NCBI GenBank assembly: GCA_037142615.1
Contig: JBAXAI010000016.1
Coordinates: 24,318 to 88,317, forward strand
From: Spirochaetales bacterium
Lineage (GTDB): Bacteria > Spirochaetota > Spirochaetia > JABEVK01
Length of the DNA: 64,000 nucleotides
Direction: 5' to 3'
In this document: positions 1-9,249 of the stretch, in pieces
Numbering within the stretch: the stretch's first letter is position 1
Layout of the letters: each line of letters begins with the position of its first letter
Notes under the pieces: model-generated
What the model was told of the DNA's origin: nothing
What the model saw: only the letters and a program-made list of their open reading frames with translations
Databases searched by the model: none
Position numbers and translations under genes: made by a program

Positions 1-1431
1 CATTTTGCGTTGGGTGATGGGGTCGCCGATCTGCACCGCGCTGGTGGGGCTGGTTTCGTCGAGCGCCAACGAGCTGAACGTGGCGCCGTGGATGCCATCT
101 TTGCCCACGCGCCCGCCAAGCATAACGACCAAGTCGCCGGCGTCGACGTGTTTAAGGTAACTCGCCTCGCCGTTCACGCTGGCAGGGAGGATGCCCCCGG
201 TGCCGCAGAACACCAGCGGTTTGCCCTTGTAGCTTTCGTCGAACAGAAAGCCGCCGGCCACGGTGGGAATGCCCGAATGGTTACCGCCCTCGATGATGCC
301 CTGATGCACGCCGCGCAGTACGGTTTTGGGGTGCAGCAGGCCGGTGGGAAGCTCGTCGGCCGGCGTGTTCGGGTCGCCGAAACACAGGTAGTTGGTGTTG
401 AAAATAGGCTTGGCGCCCTTGCCGGTGCCCAGAATGTCGCGGTTCACGCCCACGATGCCCGTGATGGCGCCGCCGAACGGGTCGAGCGCGCTGGGGCTGT
501 TGTGGGTTTCGACCTTGAAACACACCAGCGTGTCGTCGTCGAATTGCACCACACCGGCGTTGTCGTGAAATACCGAGCGCAGGAAGGTCCGTTTGGGTTC
601 GAGATCGCGCGTGGTCTGTTTGATGTAGGTGCTGTACAGCGAGCTTATGGCTTCTGTCTTGCCGGTGGTGGTGTCGGTGTAGGCGATGTTCGCCGCAAAG
701 ATCTTGTGCTTGCAATGCTCGCTCCACGTTTGGGCCAGCATTTCGAGTTCCAAGTCGACCGGCTCCGACGGGAGTTGCAGTTCGCGACGGGCAGCCTGCG
801 TGGCCGGGTCGCGGTAGTGGTTGCGGATCGCCTCCATCTCGGGTTGGGTGAGCGCCAGCAGGCGGGTCTTCGAAAGCTGCACCAGCGCGTCTCCCTCGAG
901 CTGGGTCATCGGGATTGTCACCACGGCCGACACTTCGCCGAGGTGAACCAAGGGATACAAAGCCGGCGGGCGTTTTCCCGAGTCCCAGTCGGCCCGGGTG
1001 AGGACAACGGCCTGTTGAATCAGCGGGTTGTGTAAGCTTGCCGCCAAGGCCTGGTTGGCGCCAAGCGATAAGTCGTCCCGGGAAAATAACCACTGGGTCG
1101 CGGTCTGGACAACGGCCGATTCTGGCAAGTGGTTACCGGGCAACCGTAGCGCATTGGCCAAGGCCTCGCGAGCCGTCAGCGCCATCGGGTTGGTCACACC
1201 GGCCTTGAAACTCACCTCGATCAACAGGTTCCAGTCGGCTTTCGGGGCGACGAGCGGGCCGCTGCCATCGGTGACAGCGCGCTGCACCACGGGGTCGGCA
1301 AACACGAGGCTGGCGAGCTCGGAGGTTAGTCCAAATACATTCTCGGTCAGGTACACGTCGAGGGTCTCGGCCCCGAGTTTGCGCCCCCGGCTATCCAGCC
1401 CTGGACGAAGATACGCCACTTCAATTCTCAT
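1..1431 (-). CDS. purL: phosphoribosylformylglycinamidine synthase PurL (5' part; runs off the window)
   Basis: Manual minus-strand translation from ATG 1431 (MRIEVAYLRPG...) gives the PurL motifs AQTWSEHCKHKIF, FKVETHNSPSALDPFGGAITGIVGVNRDILG and GGRVGKDGIHGATFSS. Absent from the ORF track because its stop is outside the window. Confidence 0.93.
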   Translation of the reverse strand, partial: MRIEVAYLRPGLDSRGRKLGAETLDVYLTENVFGLTSELASLVFADPVVQRAVTDGSGPLVAPKADWNLLIEVSFKAGVTNPMALTAREALANALRLPGNHLPESAVVQTATQWLFSRDDLSLGANQALAASLHNPLIQQAVVLTRADWDSGKRPPALYPLVHLGEVSAVVTIPMTQLEGDALVQLSKTRLLALTQPEMEAIRNHYRDPATQAARRELQLPSEPVDLELEMLAQTWSEHCKHKIFAANIAYTDTTTGKTEAISSLYSTYIKQTTRDLEPKRTFLRSVFHDNAGVVQFDDDTLVCFKVETHNSPSALDPFGGAITGIVGVNRDILGTGKGAKPIFNTNYLCFGDPNTPADELPTGLLHPKTVLRGVHQGIIEGGNHSGIPTVAGGFLFDESYKGKPLVFCGTGGILPASVNGEASYLKHVDAGDLVVMLGGRVGKDGIHGATFSSLALDETSPTSAVQIGDPITQRKM

Positions 1432-1455
1432 GCGCGAGAGCTTAGCAGAGCCCGG

Positions 1456-1797
1456 CTATTCCTTCCACCACTGCTGAATGCTCCGGATCACTTTTTCCTC
1501 GGCAGGACTGGCAAAGCCGTGCTGAAGGGCGAGGTCCCACAAAATGCGGGTAATAAGCTGTTTGGTTGGCTTGTGGAAGATGTTGTGGGCCAGATACTCA
1601 AAGTCGGTGTCGGACTTCACCGTGGCCTCAAAACGCTTCAGATGCTCTTCGTAGTCGTCGAACCCGAGCCCTTCGACCAAACGGTCCAGATCGTCGAGCT
1701 CCTGTTCGTCCACCGAGCCGTCGGCGAGAATCAGGACCTTGATGGCACCGGCGAGGAAGATTTTCTCTTGTTCGTTCAATTGCAGAACTTCACTCAT
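1456..1797 (-). CDS. TerB-like family protein
   Basis: 113 aa; LILADGSVDEQEL and LALQHGFASPAEE resemble the duplicated TerB ADGxxxxxE motif. Confidence 0.6.
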   Translation of the reverse strand: MSEVLQLNEQEKIFLAGAIKVLILADGSVDEQELDDLDRLVEGLGFDDYEEHLKRFEATVKSDTDFEYLAHNIFHKPTKQLITRILWDLALQHGFASPAEEKVIRSIQQWWKE

Positions 1798-1800
1798 GAT

Positions 1801-2919
1801 TCACCCCTTACTCGTAGTTTGAAGGGTGGGGAGCAAGACTTCCACTTTTTTCTGGATTTCGTTCAGCGAGTGTGGCTTGATGAAGTAGCCATCAGCCTGG
1901 TCGCGGAAGGCCTGCTTGACCTGCGGCAGATCACCATGGGCCGAGTTCATGTAGATAAGGCAGCGGTCGAGCCCGTGAATGTTCTGGGTCATTTCGAAAG
2001 CCCGGATTTCCCGCAAGGCTTCGTTGCCGCTCAGGCCCGGCATTTCGCTGTCGAGGATGACGACGGGGTAGGTCCAACCGTTGCGGTGGGCGTCGATGAA
2101 CTCGGCAACCCCGGCCTTGCCGTCGGTCCGGAACACGGGTTCGCCGTAGTTGGCCAGCAGGTGGCCGAGCGCGTCGTTCTGAAGTTTGTCGTCGTCGACC
2201 ACCAAAAACCGCACCGGCTTGCGCTGGGTCTCGCGGCGTCGTTCGGGCCCCGGCTCCTTGACGGTGATCAGCGGGTCAAAAAACAGCTGCTCGAGCTCGG
2301 CCGCCGTCTGGGGGGAATGAAACATGAACCGGACGACAATGTCGCCCTCCGACTTGGCATAGGTGTCGTAGTCGGGTGCAACGCTGATCAGGGCGCCGCT
2401 GGAGCGGATGTCGTCCAAAATCATCAGGTTGTCGAAGTCATTGCGGGTGAGGCCGGTACTGAAAAACTTCTCGATGCGGTACAAGCCCTCGCCGCGCGCC
2501 GCAGCCTGATCGCAAAGGGCCTTTTCCGCGTCGGTCAGCTTCATGCCCCACATGCGGCCGTTGCCGTCTTCCTCGCGCGCTACTTCTTTGACCTGTACGC
2601 CTTCGAGGGACTCGTCGCCCCCCTCATCGAGGCAGGTGCGCAGCAGGTCGACTGCGTCGAGAACCCGGTCGGCCCAAGCCCCCGACCAGCGCGACTTGCC
2701 GCGCCGGATGGAGTCCAAGCCGTCTTCGAGGCCATGCATGTACTTGGAAGCCCGGGCCAGACCTGACATGGCCAAACCGCTCTTGAGGTTGTGAGCCGAC
2801 TGAAAGAGTTTGTGGATGGCCGTGACGGGATCGCCCGCACCGGGTCGATCGAGCGACAGCACGCCGCTCTCGAGAACTTCGAGCAATTCCTGAAGGTGGC
2901 TGAACTCCTCGGATGTCAT
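1801..2919 (-). CDS. Hpt domain - P2-like linker - receiver domain phosphotransfer protein
   Basis: N-terminal CheA-type Hpt (LFQSAHNLKSG) and C-terminal REC (LVVDDD...ILDSEMPGLSG...FIKP); no kinase domain. Confidence 0.8.
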   Translation of the reverse strand: MTSEEFSHLQELLEVLESGVLSLDRPGAGDPVTAIHKLFQSAHNLKSGLAMSGLARASKYMHGLEDGLDSIRRGKSRWSGAWADRVLDAVDLLRTCLDEGGDESLEGVQVKEVAREEDGNGRMWGMKLTDAEKALCDQAAARGEGLYRIEKFFSTGLTRNDFDNLMILDDIRSSGALISVAPDYDTYAKSEGDIVVRFMFHSPQTAAELEQLFFDPLITVKEPGPERRRETQRKPVRFLVVDDDKLQNDALGHLLANYGEPVFRTDGKAGVAEFIDAHRNGWTYPVVILDSEMPGLSGNEALREIRAFEMTQNIHGLDRCLIYMNSAHGDLPQVKQAFRDQADGYFIKPHSLNEIQKKVEVLLPTLQTTSKG

Positions 2920-3284
2920 TTCATCTTCTGGAAGAGCTCGGCCATTTTGGCATCGTTGAAGGGCTTGACCATGTAATGAAAGGCCCCGAACGACGCCGCT
3001 TTGGCTTTCATGGCGGCGTCATCGAGGGTTGAGAGCACGACGAAGGGAACCTTGTCGTAGCCTGGCAGTTTTTTGGCGCTGCGCAGGAACTCGATCCCGT
3101 TCATGTTGGGCATTTCGATGTCGGTAAAAACGAGGTCGTAGGTCTTGAGTTTGCAAGCCGCCAGGGCTTTCAGGCCATCCTCGGCCGTTTCCACCTCGAA
3201 GCCGCGTGTTCCCAAATAGACCTTGACAAAACTTCGGTTGATAGCTTGGTCATCAGCAACCAGCGCCTTCTTTTTTTCGGCCAT
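2916..3284 (-). CDS. single-domain response regulator (CheY-like)
   Basis: 122 aa REC domain (LVADD, TDIEMPNMNG, MVKPF); AGGAGG RBS; stop overlaps the start of the next gene. Confidence 0.88.
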   Translation of the reverse strand: MAEKKKALVADDQAINRSFVKVYLGTRGFEVETAEDGLKALAACKLKTYDLVFTDIEMPNMNGIEFLRSAKKLPGYDKVPFVVLSTLDDAAMKAKAASFGAFHYMVKPFNDAKMAELFQKMK

Positions 3285-3416
3285 GGTGACCTCCTAATCC
3301 CACTGTAACCGATGGGAAGGGGTTTTTCCAATTCTAGAGTCAGATTCCCCATCAAGGTTGCCCCGTTTTTCCTTTTCCTGATTATAATGAAGTCAAATAC
3401 TTCCAAGGAGAGTCCG

Positions 3417-4031
3417 ATGCCATTTACCTTGCCCAAGCTTCCTTACGCCTTTCACGATCTCGAGCCCGCCATCGACACACTGACGATGGAAATCCACTGG
3501 GCCAAGCACCATCAGGCCTACATCAACAACGCCAACGCGGCGCTGGAGAACACCGAATGGGCTTCGTGGGACGCCGAGAAGATCCTGAAGAACCTTTCGA
3601 GCCTGCCCGCCGACAAGCAGACAGTGCTTCGCAACAACGTGGGCGGCCACGTCAACCACAGCCATTTCTGGAAGACCCTCGCCATGCCCGGCAAGGGTGG
3701 CTACCCCCAGCACCACCTCGCCGCCGCCATCGACAAGCAACTCGGTGGTTTCGAAAAGTTCAAGACGGACTTCAGCAAGGCCGCACTGACCCGCTTCGGC
3801 TCCGGCTGGGGTTGGCTGGTGCTCAAGGCCGACAAGACGCTGGCTGTGGTCAGCACCCCCAACCAGGACAGCCCGGTGCTCGAAGGCGCCAAGGCCATCC
3901 TTGGCATCGACGTGTGGGAACACGCCTACTACCTGCACTACCAGAACCGCCGCACCGACTACATCGACGCCTTCTTCACCGTCGTCAACTGGAATGTCGT
4001 GAACGAAATCTACGACGAAGCGATGAAGTGA
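3417..4031 (+). CDS. sodA: superoxide dismutase (Mn-type signature)
   Basis: MPFTLPKLPY, HWAKHH, NNVGGHVNH, TPNQD and DVWEHAYY motifs; AAGGAG RBS before ATG 3417. Confidence 0.93.
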   Translation: MPFTLPKLPYAFHDLEPAIDTLTMEIHWAKHHQAYINNANAALENTEWASWDAEKILKNLSSLPADKQTVLRNNVGGHVNHSHFWKTLAMPGKGGYPQHHLAAAIDKQLGGFEKFKTDFSKAALTRFGSGWGWLVLKADKTLAVVSTPNQDSPVLEGAKAILGIDVWEHAYYLHYQNRRTDYIDAFFTVVNWNVVNEIYDEAMK

Positions 4032-4061
4032 CCGAACCCGCTGCCCAAGGGCAGTGGAGAG

Positions 4062-4090
4062 GCCGACCCCCGGCGGGTCGGCTTTTTTTT
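4062..4090 (+). terminator. intrinsic terminator after sodA
   Basis: GCCGACCC-CCGGC-GGGTCGGC stem-loop followed by T8. Confidence 0.85.
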
Positions 4091-4117
4091 ATGGAAGAAG
4101 CACGGCATGGAGCCCGT

Positions 4118-4131
4118 GGAAACCGGTTTCG
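4118..4131. promoter_or_regulatory. LacI-family operator, copy A
   Basis: Palindrome GGAAACCGGTTTCG upstream of the ABC operon; recurs at 4248, 11662 and 13740. Confidence 0.7.
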
Positions 4132-4247
4132 CTTGGTGCAACAGAATTGTCGCTCAAGACAGCCGCTTTATCGGCATTTAACCTTGATATCAGCCAATAT
4201 GAGGCAATTTCCGGAACGAATCCGACATCTTTCGCTTGCCAACTCAA

Positions 4248-4261
4248 GGAAACCGGTTTTT
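4248..4261. promoter_or_regulatory. LacI-family operator, copy B
   Basis: GGAAACCGGTTTTT just downstream of a TTGCCA -35-like hexamer before the solute-binding gene. Confidence 0.7.
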
Positions 4262-4287
4262 ACTGGAACAAACCACAGGAGGTTTTC

Positions 4288-5589
4288 ATGAAAAGACTAG
4301 CCCTTGTTGTGGCAATGGTCGCCTTCGCTGCCATGTCACTCGTCGCGGCCGACAAGACCGTGCTCAAGTTCCTCTACTACGCGGATTCTTCCCAAGCCGG
4401 CTACGCCGACGACATGGCTTCGTGGGCCAAGTTCAAAGCGGACAATCCCGATATCGACCTGCAGATGGAAATCCTGTTTGACAGGCCCTACGCCCAGAAG
4501 TTGACCGCCTACGCGGCCGCCGGCACCGTGCCCGACGTCGTGTTCATGTGGCCCACCACCAACGAAGCCTCTTCGCTGCTCCAGAGCAAGAAGATGATGA
4601 AAGACCTCAAGACGGTGCTCCCCGCCGACTTCCTGAAAAACTTCACGGCTGCTTCGCTCAGCCCCAGCGCACAGACTTCCGGTCAGCTGTCGGAACTGCC
4701 CCAGTCGTTCACTTTCACCACCGTCATGTACGCCAACGTCGGCCTGCTCAAGTCGCTCGGTCTTGCCGTTCCCAAGACCTACGCCGACCTGAAGGCCCTG
4801 GTGCCCAAGCTCCGCGTGAAGAATGTCCAGACCGTTCTGTTGCCCGATGCCGACAAGTGGCCGGCTCAGTCCTGTCTGTTCTCGACCATCAGCGGTCGCC
4901 TCTTGGGTGACGCCTGGATCGACAGCGTGCTCGCCGGCAAGGCCAAGTTCACCGACAAGGCGTTTGTGGACGCTCTTGCCTTCTACGGCCAGATGTATAC
5001 CGACGGAGTGATCAACATCAGCAACGTGCAGATGGGTTACGGCGACGGCCCCGGTCTTTTCGCTGCGGGCAAGGCCGCGTTCATCATCGACGGCGACTGG
5101 CGCGTGGGTGCTTACCTGACCGACAAGAGCAACGGCAAGGCGCTGATTGACCCCGCCAAGCAGGCCAGCGACTTCGAACTTCTGAACTTCGTCGCCATCC
5201 CCGGTGAGAAGAACGTCAACACCGCTTCGGCCATCGCGGGAACCGGCCTAGGCATCAACAAAGACCTGACCGGCGCCAAGCTCGACGCCGCCAAGCGCCT
5301 GCTGATGTTCTACTACAGCAAGGACGTCCAGACGATGAAGCTGGAAACCGGTGCCTACATTCCTACCCGCACCGACGTGACCAGCACCAAGCTGGAACCC
5401 CTGTCGCAGAAGCAGATCAAGTACTATTCCACCGTTCCCAAGACCACCTATGTGCTCGACGGCGCGCTGGACCCGACCGTGTTTGGTCCCCTGAACGACG
5501 GCCTCCAGGGCATCGCTCTGGGCGCTCAGACTCCCGCCGAAGTGGCGGCACTGATGCAGAAGGCTCAGGACGCGCTTCCCAAGAAGTAA
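4288..5589 (+). CDS. carbohydrate ABC transporter solute-binding protein
   Basis: Signal peptide MKRLALVVAMVAFAAMSLVAA; family-1 SBP features (AAGTVPDV, FAAGKAAFIIDGDW); AGGAGG RBS. Confidence 0.9.
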   Translation: MKRLALVVAMVAFAAMSLVAADKTVLKFLYYADSSQAGYADDMASWAKFKADNPDIDLQMEILFDRPYAQKLTAYAAAGTVPDVVFMWPTTNEASSLLQSKKMMKDLKTVLPADFLKNFTAASLSPSAQTSGQLSELPQSFTFTTVMYANVGLLKSLGLAVPKTYADLKALVPKLRVKNVQTVLLPDADKWPAQSCLFSTISGRLLGDAWIDSVLAGKAKFTDKAFVDALAFYGQMYTDGVINISNVQMGYGDGPGLFAAGKAAFIIDGDWRVGAYLTDKSNGKALIDPAKQASDFELLNFVAIPGEKNVNTASAIAGTGLGINKDLTGAKLDAAKRLLMFYYSKDVQTMKLETGAYIPTRTDVTSTKLEPLSQKQIKYYSTVPKTTYVLDGALDPTVFGPLNDGLQGIALGAQTPAEVAALMQKAQDALPKK

Positions 5590-5607
5590 GCGCTTCGTGT
5601 GAACAGC

Positions 5608-5639
5608 AAAAGGGTGTCCCGAAAGGGCCACCCTTTTTT
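5608..5639 (+). terminator. stem-loop/terminator between SBP and permeases
   Basis: AAAAGGGTG-TCCC-GAAA-GGGC-CACCCTTTTTT; typical intra-operon stem-loop after an SBP gene. Confidence 0.75.
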
Positions 5640-5662
5640 CAACCCTACTGGTGGAGGTCCCT

Positions 5663-6784
5663 ATGGCGACAGTGGTTCGTGGCAAAGTAGAAACCAACCG
5701 GGCGTACTGGACGTTCATAACGCCGGCATTCGCCCTGTATCTGTTTGTCTTCGCGTTTCCCATCATCCTGTCTTTCGTGCTGAGTGTGAGCAACTACTCG
5801 GGCGGAAAGATGTTTGGAGGTGACCCCTGGACGCTGACGGGCTTCGATCAATACTTCAAGCTGGCCAACGACTCGAACTTCTGGTTGGCCCTCAAGAACA
5901 ACGTCTACATCGTGCTTATTTCGGTTTTCGGCCAGATTCCGCTCGCCTTTCTGCTGGCCTACGTGATCTTCCGCAAGATCGTGCGCTGGGGCGAAGGTTG
6001 GCAGGCCATCCTGTACGTGCCTGCCATCATCTCGGTAATCGTGCTGGGCATCATGTGGAAGATGATCTTCGCATCCAACGGGCTGTTGGCCGACATCATC
6101 AACGCCCTCGACACGCAGACCTTCCTGGCGTCCCTCAACGGACTTCTGGCGGGCGGGTTCAACGTCACCGATGACTTTGTCCAGAAACTCCTGGCGATCA
6201 GCGATCCGCGGGCGCTGACCGGTTTCGCAAATCCCGCGAACGATGTCAAGGAACTCATCCTGTCGATGGGCTACACCGCAGCCAACCTCGACGTCTTCCG
6301 TTCTGACATGGTGAACTTGCTCGCACCCAAATGGACGCCCGACTTTCTGAGCCATCAGGATGTAGCCATGATTCCCATCCTGTTCGTCACGCTGTGGGTG
6401 TGGACGGGTATGTACATCATCATGTTCCACGCCAACATGCAGAAGATCGATAGCCAAATCATCGAGGCAGCGCGCATCGACGGGGCGTCCGAATTGCAGG
6501 TCATGTGGCGGGTCATCGTCCCCAACCTGTCGGGGGTCCTCGCCAACGCGGCCATCCTGTGCATTGCGGGCTCGCTCAACACCTTCGCGCTCATTTGGGC
6601 CATGACGGCGGGTGGGCCCATGAACATCACCCAGGTGCTCGCCATCTACATGTTTCAAAACGCGTTCATCGGGGTACCAAACTTTCCGCTGGCCAACGCG
6701 ATCTCGGTGTTCATCGTCCTGTTCAGCTTCATCTTGATCGGCTTGACCCTGGTGGTCGAGCGCCGTTACGGAGGCCGTGAATGA
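5663..6784 (+). CDS. carbohydrate ABC transporter permease (MalF-like)
   Basis: Transmembrane helices; EAA motif IEAARIDGASELQVMWRVIVPNL; GGAGG RBS. Confidence 0.92.
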   Translation: MATVVRGKVETNRAYWTFITPAFALYLFVFAFPIILSFVLSVSNYSGGKMFGGDPWTLTGFDQYFKLANDSNFWLALKNNVYIVLISVFGQIPLAFLLAYVIFRKIVRWGEGWQAILYVPAIISVIVLGIMWKMIFASNGLLADIINALDTQTFLASLNGLLAGGFNVTDDFVQKLLAISDPRALTGFANPANDVKELILSMGYTAANLDVFRSDMVNLLAPKWTPDFLSHQDVAMIPILFVTLWVWTGMYIIMFHANMQKIDSQIIEAARIDGASELQVMWRVIVPNLSGVLANAAILCIAGSLNTFALIWAMTAGGPMNITQVLAIYMFQNAFIGVPNFPLANAISVFIVLFSFILIGLTLVVERRYGGRE

Positions 6785-7683
6785 ACACCCTGAAGATTGC
6801 CCTCGGTTGGGTGGGCAAGGCGGCGGCCTACGCGGTGATGGGCTTGTTCAGCCTGATGACCATTTATCCCGTGATCTGGCTTATCTACAACTCGTTTAAA
6901 ACCAACGCGCAGTTCATGGTCGACAAGATAAGTCTGCCGAACGAGTGGATCCTGTCGAACTACGTCGGTGCCTGGACGCTGGGCACCTTTGACATGCTCA
7001 TCGGCAACTCGGTGATCTTCACCGTCTTGTCGGCGCTAGGCATCATTCTCATCTCGGTGCTAGCGGGCTTCGGGTTTGCCAAGATGCAGCACAAGTCGAC
7101 CGGTCCCATCTACGGCAGCTTCGTCATGGGCATCCTGCTTTCGATCACCTCGCTGATGGTTCCGCTGTTCATCCAGGTGTCACAACTCGACCGCCTGATT
7201 TCGGATGCGTTTCACGCCGTCGGTTTGTTTGCCGGCCACGATGTGCACGTGTTTTACAACACGGGCTTCGGGGTGATCCTGATCTACGTCGGCTCGGGCT
7301 TGCCCATGGCGGTGTACCTATGTACCGAGTACATCAAGAGTATTCCGACGTCGTTGGTCGAAGCCGCGCGCATCGACGGTGCCACGTACTTCAGCATCTT
7401 TTGGCGCATTATCCTGCCCATGTCGACACCGATCGCGACGACCATCGCCGTTATCAACGTGCCGGGCCTCTGGAATGAGTTCGCCCTCATCAACATTCTG
7501 GTCTCGGACGAGACGCTCAAGACGTTGCCGCTGGGCATCTTGCGCTTCAACGGACAGCGCTCGGTCGACTACGGCAAACAGTTCGCGGCGCTCGTCATCG
7601 GCATGGCGCCCATGTTGATCTTCTACTTTGCCTTCCGCAAGCAGATCACGGCAGGCGTCAGCGGCGGTGCCGTCAAGGGGTAA
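6781..7683 (+). CDS. carbohydrate ABC transporter permease (MalG-like)
   Basis: VEAARIDGATYFSIFWRIILP; C-terminus GVSGGAVKG. Confidence 0.92.
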   Translation: MNTLKIALGWVGKAAAYAVMGLFSLMTIYPVIWLIYNSFKTNAQFMVDKISLPNEWILSNYVGAWTLGTFDMLIGNSVIFTVLSALGIILISVLAGFGFAKMQHKSTGPIYGSFVMGILLSITSLMVPLFIQVSQLDRLISDAFHAVGLFAGHDVHVFYNTGFGVILIYVGSGLPMAVYLCTEYIKSIPTSLVEAARIDGATYFSIFWRIILPMSTPIATTIAVINVPGLWNEFALINILVSDETLKTLPLGILRFNGQRSVDYGKQFAALVIGMAPMLIFYFAFRKQITAGVSGGAVKG

Positions 7684-7690
7684 CTACGGA

Positions 7691-7829
7691 TGCCGGTCCG
7701 GGTTCTGCTGCGGCGGACTCGGGCGGCGCGCCGTCGTCCTTCGTGTCCTCACGTACTTCCAGTACGCTCCGGTACTCAGAGCCGCCGGCGCTTGCCCGAG
7801 CCCGTCCTCGCGACGAACCGGGACCGGCA
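7691..7829. repeat. long imperfect palindrome (REP/MITE-like)
   Basis: TGCCGGTCCGGGTTC pairs with GAACCGGGACCGGCA (14/15); inner arms CTCGGGC/GCCCGAG; apical CGTAC-TTCCA-GTACG. Confidence 0.6.
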
Positions 7830-7952
7830 ACAGTCATCGTGTGCATCTTGGTTGTGAGTGGGCCTACACGTTGGAGGCCTACTCGGGGGCTTCGGGGCTG
7901 CGCCCCTGGCCCAAGTGAGTGTGCCCCTTGGTGGTTGGGTGTGTTGGACGGG

Positions 7953-8015
7953 GCATTGGCGCTTTGCGCCTCGCCCTCGCATTGGCGCTTTGCGCCTCGC
8001 CCTCGCCTTGGCGCT
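7953..8015. repeat. 26-bp tandem repeat, ~2.4 copies
   Basis: GCATTGGCGCTTTGCGCCTCGCCCTC twice, then partial GCCTTGGCGCT. Confidence 0.85.
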
Positions 8016-9249
8016 ACACGGCTGACAGTGTGGTGGCCGTCAATGCGTTGTCCCGGGCGTCGGTGACGTCCACCAGACGGATGTCGGCGTTGACCTGAAG
8101 CACACCGGTGCTGGGCCTCGGCACCTGCAGGTTCTTGGGGCCAGGGCTGAGGTCGATGGTGTCGCCCTTGGCGTTGGGACGCGGGTCGTCATAGAGGTCG
8201 ATCACCACCCGGTTGAGGCTCACGCCCTCGAAGAGCCCCGGTTCTTGGCCGACGAAGGCCAGCGGCCTCTCGGCACGACAAGAAATCTGGTCAAACTGGA
8301 CATTGCGGACGCTCACGTCGAAACGCGGTGCGGGAATGGGGTCGCGGTAGCGAGGAATGTCGTGAGGGGTGGCCATGAGGACCAGGGCCTCGCCGTTTCC
8401 CCACCAGTTGCCACCGTAGTGGCGACCTTCCAGCAGGCAGTTCGTCACCCGCACGTTCTCGACTAGCCCGGTGTGGGGGTGCACCATCGAGACAAAGGCC
8501 CGGTTGCTGGCCTTGACGACCACGTTTGCGACGAGCACGTTGCGCACGATGCTGTGCATGTAGCCGATGCTCAGAGCCTTGGACGCCGATTGGAACACGC
8601 AGTCGGTGATCACCACGTCCTGGCAGGGAACGTTCCAGTCGGTGATGGATGAAAGGGCCACGCAGTCGTCGCCGGCAACGATGTCGCAACCGGTGACCAG
8701 CACATCGCGGCAACCGCAGAAGTGCAGGCCGTCGTTGTTGGGCAGGCGCAGGCTGTTGCGGATGGTCAGACCGCGCGCCTGAACACTCTGACAGCGGTCA
8801 AAGCTGAACGTCCAGCACGGCGCGTTGAGGACGTTGAGATCGAGCAGGCGCACATTGGTGCACTGGTGGAAAAACACCGGCTGATTGGGGCGCCAGTCGT
8901 AGGTGAGCGGTGCTTCGGGGTCGTCGGAACTCGGTTTGTCCAGATGGTAAAACGCGTCGCCGTTGAGATCGAGAAGACCCGGGCCCCGAACGGTGACGTT
9001 GACGGCTTGCTTCGCGAACAGTGCCGAGTGCACCTGGCCCATCTCGTTGTGATCAACGCCGATGGGTTGGTAGTCGCGGCGCTCGCCCGAGGCGGTGAGC
9101 ACGCAACCCGCCGCCAGCGTGAGGCACACACCCGACTTCAGTTCCAACGGACGGAAGCCCCAGTGGCCCGCCGCGACCAGGACCTCGCCGCCGCCGTCGC
9201 GGGCCGCGGCGTCGATGCGAGCCTGGAGTTCCTCGGTGAGATCTTTCAT
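8014..9249 (-). CDS. GH28-like beta-helix glycoside hydrolase (cytoplasmic)
   Basis: Start [15 protein letters not shown] overlaps the upstream stop; NAPCWT, PNNDG and AGDDCVAL motifs. Confidence 0.75.
   Translation of the reverse strand: MKDLTEELQARIDAAARDGGGEVLVAAGHWGFRPLELKSGVCLTLAAGCVLTASGERRDYQPIGVDHNEMGQVHSALFAKQAVNVTVRGPGLLDLNGDAFYHLDKPSSDDPEAPLTYDWRPNQPVFFHQCTNVRLLDLNVLNAPCWTFSFDRCQSVQARGLTIRNSLRLPNNDGLHFCGCRDVLVTGCDIVAGDDCVALSSITDWNVPCQDVVITDCVFQSASKALSIGYMHSIVRNVLVANVVVKASNRAFVSMVHPHTGLVENVRVTNCLLEGRHYGGNWWGNGEALVLMATPHDIPRYRDPIPAPRFDVSVRNVQFDQISCRAERPLAFVGQEPGLFEGVSLNRVVIDLYDDPRPNAKGDTIDLSPGPKNLQVPRPSTGVLQVNADIRLVDVTDARDNALTATTLSAV

Noticed and set aside
10-1035. Long antisense or alternate-frame ORFs (e.g. 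10-1035, 21554-23095, 23096-25087, 51358-53274, 63162-63989)
   Set aside because: Shadows of real genes on the opposite strand in GC-rich DNA; no recognisable motifs.
7953-8015. CRISPR-like repeat
   Set aside because: Units are directly adjacent with no spacers, and no cas genes are in the window.
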